Source: Mya arenaria (taxonomy: Eukaryota). Taken from it: a stretch of DNA of 64,000 bases. Position numbers and translations under genes: made by a program. The notes under the pieces were generated by a model. That model had not been told where the DNA came from. It saw only the letters and a program-made list of their open reading frames with translations, and ran no database searches. The stretch spans positions 1,809,682-1,873,681 of the forward strand of contig NC_069127.1 in NCBI RefSeq assembly GCF_026914265.1. The letters run 5' to 3'. This document shows positions 1-11,483 of this stretch, one piece after another; within the stretch, counting starts at the first letter, position 1, and each line of letters starts with the position of its first letter.

Positions 1-689
1 ACTTAATTACAAAGTTGTTTCTGATTAAATATGTGCTGTGCCATCATTCTGTATTGACACGTGACTTTGGCAACACTCTTATTCAAAATCAATACATACA
101 CATGTATAACAAACATAAATTTTGACTGATTAACCTTTCACTACTTACTAAATAATGCATTTATGGAAAAAATTAATTACTAATAACAAGATTGTAACCT
201 TGTTTTTAATAGCAGAAAGTGCAAAAAATTAAATGATTGGTGAATGCAAAAATATTTACTGTGATCTACTATAGTCTCGTAAGGTAGAAATACCTTGTTT
301 AACATCATTTCTTTCAAATCAAACTCAATATCCTTCATAAGAATAATTGTTTTCGACATTAAAATGGAATATTAAAACAATATTATTAAATGTGGTAAAA
401 ATCTTATTTGGGCGTATTATAGTGCATCTTTAAGATTAATCAAATAAAACTGATATTTGAAAACGTTTATTGTGATTATTTTAAGTACAAACGAATCACA
501 GTAAAGAATGAGTATAAATCACATCATTATAAAACAAAAAATGTCATCAACAAGCAAATCACAAAAAGTGAAATAAATCACCTTACAATATTTTTTTATG
601 CAAACCAATCGACGCTAACTAAAACAAGAATTTACTAATAAAGTTCTGAAAAAAAATCACAAAAATGAAATTTATTAGTTTAATCGTAT

Positions 690-2755
690 TTTATTGTATA
701 TAATATACGCACGTCATATAAATCATTTCGACAAACAATATACTAGTAGTTATACAATTGGGTTGGGCCACAAGTTATAACATAACGAATCTGTTGTCGC
801 CAAGTCCCCGTGGGCTAGTACTACAAGTATAATGATAGGCAGGCTACTGAACTCCATTTATTATAAATCTTTTTAGTAGCAACAATATATGTTCGCACTT
901 TTTGGAAAATGTATGTATTCTGTTCGTCATTCAGATTAATGTAGCCATGTAGTAATATATTGGTATTCAGTGGGTGATATTGCCTAGTTTGAAGGAATAA
1001 TTGCCGCCGTTGTGCAGTAAACCGACTACATTTGAAAAGAAAATGTCCATCATCTTCAATTTCTGTACCACTGACACAGTTAGGGGAAATTGCGATATGA
1101 TTATTGTAAAGATCGGAATTTAATTTGCTGCTATCATTACGCATTCGGGCATGATGAACTGAGGCGGACCTGTCGCCTTCTATATAAAATGAGGGGACTT
1201 TGGCAAAGAATATATAAATTTCATTTTACCTTTAAACGCGGGCAATGATAGTGCATCTTTAACAGAGGTGTCAAGATCGTTCCACATCCTCAGTGCGGAT
1301 GGAAGTATAGAGTGTGCATAAATTTGAGTTCTTCTAGGTAACGTTTGAAAATTTTCTGAATTCCGTAAATTGTGCGTGTTGTTACTAAATGTTTGCACGC
1401 TTTGAGTAAATAATTGTTCGAGGTAAGATGGTAACATGTTGTGTTTGTGTTTATATACTAATGTCAGATTTTGGATTGTTCTTCTATTCGTTAGGGACAC
1501 CCAGCCAATTTCTTTGAGTAGATTGTTTATTGATACGGATCGTGTGAGACCGGTAACTACTCGAGCAGCTTCATATTGAATAGTATCAAGCGTTTCTTTT
1601 TCATATTGGGCACAATTATCCCAAAGTAATGATCCGTATTCTAGATGCGGACGAAGATATGGCAAATATATGTGGTTAAGTGTTTTTCTGTGTAGTTTAA
1701 ATTTCATTAATTTCATAGTACCAAGAATTCTTGACGCTGTGGCGATGATATTAGTTTTATGTTGGTGCCAAGACCCATCCATACTGAGTGTCAAACCAAG
1801 GTGCTTGTGGTGATCAACAAGTTGAACAAAGGTGTTTTCAAAAAGAAGTGTTGGAATATTTCTTGGACAATAGGTCAGAAACATTGCCTCTGTTTTGGGA
1901 AGATTTAACTTGACTAGCAATTGTTTAGATCATGCAAGGATACAATTTAAATCATGGTTTATTGTAGCTTCTATCATATTTACGTCACGGGAGGAAACAG
2001 CTAAAGAACTGTCGTCTGCGAAGAGACGAGTTGTGCTTAGAAGAGAATCTGCTATGTCATTTACATAGATAAGAAAAAGTAGAGGACCTAACACGGATCA
2101 TTGAGGGACACCACCTCCTTATAATTTTGATTCTGAAAAAGATAATTTTACAAAAACTTTTTGACCTCGGCCTTTTAAGTAATCTGTTAGCCAATCCAAT
2201 GAATTTCAATTGATACCATATTGTTTTAGTTTAAAAATAAGACCTTTGTGCCAAACTTTATCAAATGCCTTGAATATGTCGCATAACAAAATACATGTTG
2301 ATTCTTTATCATCAAATGCTTTACAAATTTGGTTATAAATGTCTACCAGCTTATATTGAGTCGAATGGCCTGGCAAAAAAACAGATTGCTTTTTACATAT
2401 TAGGTCATTAGTATGAAGATGAATATAAATATTTTTAAACATAATTTTTTCCATGACTTTACCAACACAGCTTATTAAGGAGATCGGTCTATAATTTGAC
2501 GGTTCGTCCGGTACACCCTTTTTAAAAAGGGGCATGGCATAGGCTGTTATCCAATACTTGGGATATTTTCTTTCTATGAAAGACTTGTTGAATAATAAAC
2601 ACAGTGGGTAGCATATGGTTTTTGATGTTGCTTTCATCATTTTGTGGCTAATTCCGTCTGGGCCAATAGCTTTGATATCATTTAAGTTTTCTAAAACATC
2701 AGTTACATCCTGTTCTGTTGCATAGTTAGATAACCGTGAGTGAAATTAATCACAG
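690..2755 (-). mobile_element. Decayed, 5'-truncated non-LTR retrotransposon (LINE) ORF2
   Basis: Minus-strand ORFs 2206..2640 (GPDGI just upstream, NYRPISL, FDKVWH = RT motifs 0-A), the 1920-2100 region (FADD = RT motif C, frame broken by stops), 1180..1920 (RT thumb/C-terminal region) and 821..1144 (C-terminal Cys/His tail DGHFLFKCSRFTAQRRQLF typical of LINE ORF2) are collinear N->C on the minus strand. Frames are interrupted by stops or frameshifts. The 5' end stops abruptly at about 2755, where a 175-bp tandem repeat begins. Confidence 0.85.
821..2755 (-). pseudogene. Reverse transcriptase (LINE ORF2) remnant, multiple frame disruptions
   Basis: Three separate minus-strand ORFs plus an out-of-frame FADD segment. 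No single open frame spans the RT domain. Confidence 0.8.
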
Positions 2756-2834
2756 TACAAATATCTTTTATAACAAGAGCTGTCACAGAGACGCTCGCTC
2801 AACTATTCCGACGCTTTTAAGTTTAGATTGCAAA

Positions 2835-3400
2835 GTTTCGGTAATACATGCAAAACCTTAACCAAAACGAATAATAAAGGGCCATAATTTACATTATATG
2901 GAAAATGGAGTTATCTTACTTGATTAATTAAGTCGGTTGGATAGTTGGAATCACCTGTCTAAAGTTTCAATGCAATACTTGGAGTATTTGCTCATATATT
3001 GACGTAAATGTGGTTAAATGCAAAACCTAACCAGAATTTCTTAATCAAATTATAATGGACCATAATTTGCATGATATGCAAAATACAGTTATCTTGCTTA
3101 ATGATTCAAGCACGTTTGATCGTTGAGTATCGTTGAAAAAAGTCTCAATACAATACATCGAGTAGTTGCAGAGATCGTAACCTATCTGTGCTTCTATGCA
3201 AAACATTAACCAGAATTTCTATGTCGAATAATAAAGGGCAATAATTTGCATTATATGCAAGAAAGAATTATCTCGCATGATTGTATAGTTGAGAACACAT
3301 ATCTAAAGTTTCAATGCAATACATGTATTTGATTAGATAATGACTTAAAGGTGCTTACATGCAAAACCTTGACCAAGGTTTGACGCCGACGCTAGGATGA
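2835..3400. repeat. Tandem repeat, about 175-bp unit, about 3.3 diverged copies
   Basis: Units begin gcaaaacc(t)taaccaaaa/gaat...ataaagggccataatttacattatatg...tctaaagtttcaatgcaatac at about 2838, 3010, 3188 and 3360. Copy identity is about 75-85%. Confidence 0.8.
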
Positions 3401-3636
3401 ATAGGATAGTTCTCCTAAGTCTTCGAATAGTCGAGCTAAAAACGCCTCAAACAAAAGCAAGAATTTACTAAAACAGTTCTGAAAATGCCTTCCTGGTTAT
3501 GTACCTACGGCGATTATTTTTCAAAAACAAAATATTGTTAGAAAATACAATATGTTATTCTACTAACCATGTTACCACAGGAAAAGTATTATTAAGATTA
3601 ATCGAACAAAAATCAAACGTAAAATAGAGCATTATT

Positions 3637-3936
3637 GTAATTAATTCATGTTGTTTTTGTGAATTTTATTGTGCCTGGAAAGGCTGCTCCGGTGCCGAAA
3701 CACTTTTTCACACTCTGGACATTTAAGGCTTGACTCCCCCTTGTGCATATCCAAATGTGCCTTCAGGTTTGACTTTTCTGAGAAAGACATCCCACATTCG
3801 TGACAGTTACACCCCTGCTTTTTTCAAGTCGAATAATATTATGATTATGAAGATCAGCAATGGTTGGAAACGACTTCTCGCAATTTATGCAAACAAATGG
3901 CTTCGCCTCGCTATGCACATGACATCTGAAAAGTAA
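3637..3936 (-). pseudogene. C2H2 zinc-finger terminal exon (3 fingers) with a frameshift in the first linker
   Basis: Minus-strand translation gives ..RCHVHSEAKPFVCINCEKSFPTIADLHNH. A frame change at an A6 run follows, then CHECGMSFSEKSNLKAHLDMHKGESSLKCPECEKVFRHRSSLSRHNKIHKNNM-stop (stop = + strand tca at 3637-3639). An AG acceptor-like site (cttttcag) lies at the 5' side near 3926-3928. Confidence 0.65.
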
Positions 3937-4229
3937 ATACATATCATTTTATAAAAATAATATTCTATCATATAATATACTAAATTTAGTCTTTGTCTAA
4001 AATATGTCAACACGAATGGAACATTTGAAGTAGTCGACCTTTTTTACATTAAACGAAGCAACGTTAACCCAATATTGCTTATTAAAGAACAGCAACACAA
4101 GAAGATAAAACACCGCTAAATGTTTTTCTATCTAGGAACAAAAACAGTCACGCTATACATTGACTTATTTTCACTGGTAACACACATACAACGCTTCGTG
4201 TTAAATATAATCAAGTTAAAGACACGTTA

Positions 4230-4490
4230 GGCCGATTGTTCAGAAAGTTGCTAAATTTAACAATGTTGTTAACATCATTGTTATTAACGATAAAATCGTT
4301 ACATCTCTGGAAGTTTAATGGATACACTTGTGATTTGCCTTTTTCCTAACAAGATTTTAAACAACTGTCGCAGCTGTAATAGTTAATATTTAAATATGTG
4401 AAGACATCATCAAATATCTCATGTTTTAAAGTTAACAATGCTATCGTTAATCACATTGTTAACTTTAATAACGTTCTGAACAATCAGCCC
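4230..4490. mobile_element. MITE-like non-autonomous element with about 45-bp terminal inverted repeats
   Basis: Left end GGCCGATTGTTCAGAAAGTTGCTAAATTTAACAATGTTGTTAAC; right end reverse complement GGGCTGATTGTTCAGAACGTTATTAAAGTTAACAATGTGATTAAC. Length about 260 bp, no coding capacity. Confidence 0.7.
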
Positions 4491-6439
4491 ATTAAGACGA
4501 CGACAAAGCCGACGAGAAAAAACTTGGTTTTGAAAACATTTCGGCCTTACCTATTCTATAAATAGACGAGGTAACGGTTTTGTCACACTAATAAACAAAA
4601 TAAAGGTTTTGCAGATTTGACTTATACGAAGCGATTCTTCTTCAAGGTTTCTAATATGAACTATTCAGTATAAACTAACCGGTGTCTATTCAAGTTTGCC
4701 CTGCTGTGGAAAATCTTTTCACAGCACATATAACCCTTTCCCGTTCCGATATGTGTTGTTTTGTGCTACTGCAGTGTGGAAATGTTCGCAAGGACCTTGC
4801 CACAATATCTGCAGACCTGAGGTTAAAGCTTTATTCGCACTCCTATCAAAATTAGATAAAAAAGTGTGGTCGTTCGCCTAGTATTCTCGAGTGTGGTCGT
4901 TCGCATAATTTAATATTGTAGGATTTCTTTCAAAAACATAATTTCGCCTTGAAAACGTATTGTAAATGGTATATATTTACTGTTTATATATCTGTTTGTA
5001 AAGAACCAGCTGAAACTATCCGATTTATTATTGTTTTTGCCAGATTATTACAATGTGTTGTCGTCTGCATGGCCGATTCCAAATTTGTTTTTGAATGTTC
5101 TAAAAAAACATCAAGAATGACAGAGAGTATACCACATGAAAGCGGAAATCATGTGGCGTACCGTGGGCTGAGTCTTGTTTTAATTTGATTCAATTTAGTA
5201 AAGAAACTATAAAAAACATACCTTTTGTTGTGTCAAGATCGCCGTGGTCGTTCACAATTCTTGCTCCCTCACAGTGTATATGCAGTCTGCCATGATACTG
5301 TTACTGATTTAGCTTAATTACTAGTGAACTTTATGTTTCAAAACATTTCTCATACAATACAAAACAAATTTACAATGTAGAAAGTCTTATGCTTTGTCAT
5401 CAGTTATGCAACAGAGCTGTCTACGATAAAAGTGAGAGATGGTAAATATTACGAAACACATTTAAATAATATAGTGATGATATAAGAGATTGGATATAAT
5501 ACGTTTGCCGCCATAACAATTCATTGAAGGGGAATTTTGACCTCATTCTATTTAATTCCTTTTCGAAGTTTGTAATTAAGATTTGACATGTTTTCACAAA
5601 ATATAACGGATTTATTATAATTTCGTAATAGGGTTTACAGCCGTGTTAAAATCGCTTATCGGATAACTCTGTTCGTGGAGAAGACATTCATGCAAAATCT
5701 CATTTCATCTGTTAACTCTGTATACCTGACGTGCGTTCAGTTTATGCTAACAGTCGATCACGCTAGCTTACGTTAACAAATTATTTTGTTTTGTATCCCC
5801 GCTACATTATAGCGTATACACTGCAAGCTGGAAACCAAATCGCAAACCTTAATTTTCGTTGAACCCAGGGGTTTGCGTCAGACCCAAAATAAATCTCTAT
5901 CTGGGAAAGCCTAGGTTATTACACTGACATTTACTCCCGGCACATTAATGAGTCATTGGGTTTCTGTTTAGAATAGGAGCTAGGGTAACTCCCTTGCTAT
6001 TATACTGTCTCTGCCGCCCAAGGACCCCTTTGGAAAAATATATAGTAGTGTACTTCCATTTGTTATTCGGACTACGTCTGAATGATATACATACACAACA
6101 TTTATCGAATATTTGTCAACAATGAAATTCGAAAGTTGTAATATGAAAAGTAAAAAATGATGTCACTTTTTCGCAGATTAAATTTCCATTCAAAATCTAT
6201 TGCAATATAAATCTTTCTATGAAAAACTACAAAAACAGGTCCAGTAGTCAAAATCTTTAACATTACTCCGTTCAATGACACAGGGCCAAAGCCAGAAACA
6301 CAGAACACACATCCATAAACAAAACAAAACATATAGAATGTATATAACTAGGGATGTTTATCAAATATTATTGGTTACCGCATTGAAACGGTCAGCTCAA
6401 CTAGCAATGTTAAAACAGTTTTATAGCTGTAAATGCGGT

Positions 6440-6930
6440 TTATATTTTAACGTAAATAGCAAGATAATCAGCGCGCTGAAACTGCTTTCTCTCCCAGACA
6501 TCAGCAGAGTTCATGTCAGAGTAGACGAACTGTGGGTGACGGACGTGTACATCCATCGCACACGATCCCTTTGGGCCATCACTCACAACGAAATGGCCAA
6601 TATCGCCAGAGCATCCGGCGTACTTTCTGTTGATAAAGAAATTCCGCAGATTCCGATTATCGCCAATGACCGAGAAAATATTGTAAGTAGCGTCCGGCGT
6701 GAGGTCAGACCAGGAGGATTCCAGAACCCTGGTCTTATTAAACCAGTTTGTATTCGTGCTACCGTCGCCATTAAATACAATGTACGCCGTTTCGAGGTTG
6801 TCCTTGTAGAGGGCAAACTTAACGTACTTGATATTCAAGGAGCTCCATCGATAATAAAGATTGGCCTCCCTAAAATGGCTAGAGTAGGATCTGGCCATGT
6901 CCACTGGTTTCGTTGTAGTTGTGTCTGTCC
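6440..6930 (-). CDS. Terminal coding exon of an unidentified protein gene (about 160 aa: Thr-rich linker then a roughly 150-aa Trp/Asn-rich domain with 2 Cys)
   Basis: Minus ORF 6440..6958 of 172 aa, far longer than chance in this AT-rich DNA. The region has locally elevated GC. A polypyrimidine tract plus AG (acttttttctcaaag|GG) at 6931-6937 is phase-compatible with the upstream exon. The stop is + tta at 6440-6442. I recognise no domain family with confidence. Confidence 0.45.
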
Positions 6931-7142
6931 CTTTGAGAAAAAAGTTGTAACACGTCATTTAATACATTAATCACAAATTCAAGCACATATCCCAACCAAT
7001 ATGAAAGTGAGCACATTTTAGTTGAAATATAATGCAATGCAAACGCTCGCTAAAAGAATCAATATGTCTAAATTACATACAAACATTCTGACGTTAGTTT
7101 AAGTCAGAAACTCGAACTTTAATTGAAAACAGATATTGGACT

Positions 7143-7257
7143 GTTTGTGTTTTATCATACTTTATGTATGTCAAGTCAATATTTGTTTGTTACATGGAAT
7201 CCAACAATAAACAAATATTGACTTGACATACATAAAATTTGATCAAACACAAAGAGT
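7143..7257. repeat. Near-perfect palindrome / hairpin (about 31-bp stem, 11-nt loop), possible foldback element
   Basis: tttatgtatgtcaagtcaatatttgtttgtt (7161-7191) is reverse-complementary to aacaataaacaaatattgacttgacatacataaa (7203-7236). The flanks gtgttttatcata / gatcaaacac extend the dyad. Confidence 0.8.
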
Positions 7258-7330
7258 TTTTGTCTTGACAAAATGTTTTAACTCACGCTTCATGTTTGTT
7301 CGTGTAATAAAGTATAACATTGACCATAAC

Positions 7331-7449
7331 CTTTGGTCCATGCGTCGTACACGCTTTTTCCGTTTCCAGCGGAGGCCCGGAACACCATTTTCCAGCCGCC
7401 CCTCTCAAGATATTGAACTGTCATAGGGTCATTCCCATGTGGACTCGGA
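7331..7449 (-). CDS. Upstream coding exon of the same unidentified gene (..SPSPHGNDPMTVQYLERGGWKMVFRASAGNGKSVYDAWTK|G)
   Basis: Minus ORF 7290..7487. A candidate acceptor tttttgacag| sits at 7450-7452 and a donor aaag|gttatg at 7331/7329-7330. Phase 1 at the donor joins in frame to the exon at 6930, giving ..DAWTK-G-TDTTTTKPVD... Confidence 0.35.
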
Positions 7450-8015
7450 CTGTCAAAAAGCATTAGATTTTGTAATAAGAAAAACATTTAGGTAACCTGT
7501 ACAATCTTACCTAATATCATAGTTTTCAGGTGAAACTTGAGGTGACCAGTGTTATGTAAACAGTTCGCTTCACATTAAGACTACAAGAAAGTATTTAATA
7601 TCGAATAATTTAACAAACAATGGATACTTAGACTCTTCTATACGCTTAAAGTGGGGATTGTTTACGTTATTCATTCGTTATAAAATTCAAAATTGGTGGA
7701 TATATTAAACTATTCAAATCTTGTCTACCGAGTATTAAATACGGCCACCGTAATGTTCACATTAAAATGTCTCGGTATAACACTTTGTATTGCATCATTT
7801 ATTTGTATTGATGTACGTTTGGGCAATAAAAATAGAAACTAAAAAAATCTGAAATACCGTCGTATTTAAGTCTTACTAAGGTTTCTCCAGTAGCTGCGCC
7901 ACCACCAGGCATATTGCAACACCCACAGCGATATAAAACCCAGTTATTGCCATCTACAAACGAGTTGTTTTAATTTATTACATCTTTTTAGCATGCCTCA
8001 TGTTAAGTGTGTGTA

Positions 8016-8480
8016 TACCACGTGACAAATTATGTCATATATGCTATGTCGGAAAGTAACCCTTTGCTTAAAATGGAGACTGAAAACCAAGATGACTTTT
8101 CTTTTTTCTACACCATTTTTAAAGATATAAAGGGCAGTCTATGCCGCTTAAACAACCCCGCCTTCGTTTCATACCCGGAGTTTGATTAGGTGATTTGTTT
8201 CCTCAGACTCCTGTTTTCAGACTAATGTTTTGAAAGTGCTCCATAAGCCGGCGTTTTCGTGAAAAGGTTTGTCGAGGTATTTTCAGAAACTAAACTCTTA
8301 ATCATTTTCTGGTAAAAGACCGAAGGCGTTGCCCTGTAAGCGGCGTAGACTGCGCTATGTTTCCTTTAAAATGGTGAAGAAATAGTGAAGTTAACTTGTT
8401 TAAAGTCTCTATTCAAAGCAAAATAATGCCTTACGACGTAGCATTTATGACTCAATTTATCACGTGGTATACACACACTG
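8016..8480. mobile_element. TIR element, longer copy of MITE family CAGTGTGTGTATACCACGTGATAAAT, flanked by 6-bp direct repeat ATGTTA
   Basis: About 32-bp TIRs at 8016-8048 and 8447-8480. The flanks are ..cATGTTA|AGTGTG and CACACTG|ATGTTAcg. There is no convincing internal ORF. Confidence 0.7.
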
Positions 8481-9054
8481 ATGTTACGTAGTATAAAATT
8501 ATGTTTAGTTATATAAAACTGACGTTGCAAAATTATGTCAAATTGTTTTAAGAATACAAAACATGTTATTAGAATGAAGGAAATAAACACATAAGTAAAA
8601 TCAAACATGACTTATACATTTCAACTTACGTTTACTTTCCTTTCAATATGTATTTTGAATCATGAACAGGACCACTAATTAACACACACTCGCTTAAGCG
8701 GAATATTATATATTATATAGTCGACCACATGCACATTTATCATTTGTGGGTGTGTCCTATTGTGAACAATAATTTTAATTGCTACAAATTGTACGGTTTG
8801 AAGTTATAAAGCTTTGAATCATATAACAAATGTGGTTTTGCGCAGTATGTTTTATGGCATTTACATAATTTTAAAATTGATCTGCTGCAAAATCGTGTAG
8901 ACGATTAAGTTAAATTAAGAAAGATGTTATTACGCACCTTATGAACACATGTGTTTTTGATTTAGTGTCAGGATGAGCGCAAATCAGTATATCCTTGCAA
9001 ACCGAATTAGTTCTTCTTCTCAGGTTGTTAAACGTATGATGAACCGTAATAATT

Positions 9055-9205
9055 AAGAAATATAACACACTACTGAGGGTCATATGACATTATAAGGACC
9101 GGCCAGTCAGCCACCGAGGCGTTAGCCGAGGTCTATTCACCTTCGGGGGTTGACTGACCGGTCCTTATAATGCCATATGGCCCGAAGTGGTGTGTTATAT
9201 TTCTT
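9055..9205. repeat. About 150-bp foldback element with about 58-bp inverted arms and a nested central hairpin
   Basis: AAGAAATATAACACAC..GGACCGGCCAGTCAGCC is mirrored by GGTTGACTGACCGGTCC..GTGTGTTATATTTCTT. The centre ccgaggcgttagccgaggtctattcaccttcggg is itself a dyad. Confidence 0.8.
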
Positions 9206-9343
9206 ATATTATACCGAACACTTTTCATTACAATTCAATATTTTTAAAGCGATTTAAATGATTTTTATTGAACAAAGCTAATAATGTTTACTTGCGACAA
9301 ATTTTCGCCGTTGTGAAAATAGCTAGCCCCACTTACCAATTGT

Positions 9344-9420
9344 ATGACGTCAGCGGTCCATATTACATTTTTGGCGAGGTCCGGACCGGACAAAAATATA
9401 ATATGGACCGCTGACGTCAT
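9344..9420. repeat. 77-bp palindrome carrying two TGACGTCA (CRE-type) palindromic cores
   Basis: atgacgtcagcggtccatattacatttttg ... caaaaatataatatggaccgctgacgtcat, centred on gcgaggtccggaccggac. Confidence 0.8.
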
Positions 9421-9635
9421 TAAACTAGATTTTCATTAAAATACAGTGATATACGGACCGATCGAGTTTGTATTTACAAAGAAGGGACAAATTTATGTGA
9501 GGTATAATAATCTGTTATATTGTTGCTGTTGAGTTTTTGTTTTGTTTTTACTTCTTCGCTTGTTACTATGCACATACACGTTGACATGTTTCATTAATAA
9601 AGTGTGTGTGTGTTTAGCCTAATTCTGTGTTAGTG

Positions 9636-9703
9636 TATATAATATACGCACGCGATACAAATACTTTCGACAAACAATATCATTATACAATTGTATGTGT
9701 TGT
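9636..9703 (+). repeat. Short copy of the sequence found at 688-768 (putative LINE 3'-UTR tail), preceded by a (GT)n microsatellite
   Basis: gtatataatatacgcacg..ata.aaat..tttcgacaaacaatat..tatacaattg is shared between 688-768 and 9636-9703. (GT)7 lies at 9601-9615. Confidence 0.6.
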
Positions 9704-11483
9704 TGATGGTGTACTAGTCTGAAATTAGTCTGTCTTTATCGACCTAGGTTGTAATTCAAAGTCGATATCACATCATCAGGTCGATGTCACATAATCAGAT
9801 CGACGAAACTGAAAGGCAACATTTGTTTTATCATTAAATGCCAAATAAAACACCCTTTCAAATTTCAGGCTTCCATTATCAATGCGGGCCGCTGCAGCGG
9901 CCCGCTATATTTAATATGTGGTGAGTAAAAGGTTTATGGAGACTGAAGAACTTGGTTGAAAATATGCGTCTCTTTTTCCTAAAAACATCAAGTACTTTTG
10001 AGCTGAAAATGTAGACACAGTCAATTTTTTCCCTTGAATACATGAGTTGTCTAGTCATTAAATAAACGGTGTTACTTTTGACATTAATAATGTAGACACA
10101 GTCTATTTTTTACAGAGTTGTCTTTCGTACGTTTGTTTTCGCAACGTGTCTGGGCACGTACTAAAGTGCTGACGAGTTAGCTGACGATTTAGAAATAGAG
10201 TAGAGTTGCTGACCAATTGCTGATCATATAGACACAGAAGGGAAAAAATGAGTTTTGATATTAAAGATTTGTTAAGACTTATTTGATTTAATTTATTTTA
10301 TATACTCCATAAAGTGTACGTAAAGACGGATGTTTGTCTATTTTTATTGAAAATGGCAGTTCATTGAAATGTATTGAGCAATTTTATATTTTTGCTGGTT
10401 TGGTGAAAAGATGAGAAGATATCACGGATTAATTTTTTTAAGGTGTTTCATTTACAATTGTTCGAACTAATGATTTTAATTGTAAATGTGGCTTTAAATG
10501 TTAGCCTCACAACTTGTGGACTACACATCTGCACTACATCAAAGAACGATCAAAAGAATGGTGTTTGCCAATCCATTAATGATCATTTTAATTAAGAAAT
10601 GATTTCTCTTTAATCTGTTGTATGTTCGAAGTTGTTTTGTGGAAAACAAGGCAAACTGTTGCTAATGAAATGTTTATATGATGTAAAAAAAGTAAAGCAT
10701 GAATCATTAATGGCGAAATTAGTGTAATCTTTTCATTTTTATTTATTATTTGTTCATTATCTTGTATAGTCCATTAAGCCTCAAAGGCATGTTGTCACAT
10801 TTCGCACAAAGCCCATCAGGGTGTTGTTGTATGGTCATTACATTTCATGGTGCAGTGCATATAGATGACCAATTACTGCCTCATTCAGAATTTAATGACA
10901 ATTATTTAGCTGACCAATGTATGTTTTAGGGAAACTCGATACTGCCGTATTGATAAGTTACTGACCAATTCCTCAGCTGACCAATGTAACATATATGAAA
11001 ACTTGACTCTGATGCATGGTAAAGTTAGTGTCAATTTACATAGTGATTTAACTAATATGTTATTGAAACTTATTTTCAATATAAGAAACTAAATGTCCCG
11101 AGATTTGTTACTGAATATAAAAATGGGTACCAAAATAAAAAAAGTATTGTTACAGCTGTGCTTGTGCAAGAACTGTAACTTTGGTTTGTCTTATTTATGT
11201 CTTTTTCCAAAGGCAAGAGACATATTGATTTATTGCGGTCTGTCTGTCCCCTGTAAAACTTATAGTTGTACTGAAACCTGGAAGAAGTGTTTAATATGAA
11301 CTGTAGTTGTGCATAGACTAATGTTTTACCAAAATAGGTCTCTTTGAATTCCTTCATAGCCTTGACTCGACATCAGTCATCACCAACTTCAAAATATTTA
11401 CATGGTAGATCTGTTTGTGGGCCCGCTGTGATACTTTGTATCACAGTTTTTCTTGTATTATTTTACTAAAGAAAATAAACGAA

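Noticed and set aside
5930-5995. Short resemblance (gaataggagct...ctcc) to the 3' region of U2 snRNA
   Set aside because: The match is limited to about 12 nt. The upstream U2 features (branch-point recognition sequence, Sm site) are absent.
6275-6970. 231-aa plus-strand ORF overlapping the minus-strand exon
   Set aside because: This is most likely the antisense shadow of the minus-strand coding exon. Only the minus strand has phase-consistent splice signals and an upstream partner. It is retained as a control translation for database searches.
10141-10990. Clusters of the motif (G)CTGACCAAT (10187, 10865, 10908, 10960, 10978) and tandem tagacacagtc-containing segments (9997-10130)
   Set aside because: They are short, degenerate local tandem duplications with no wider structure. 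The CCAAT-box resemblance is probably coincidental.
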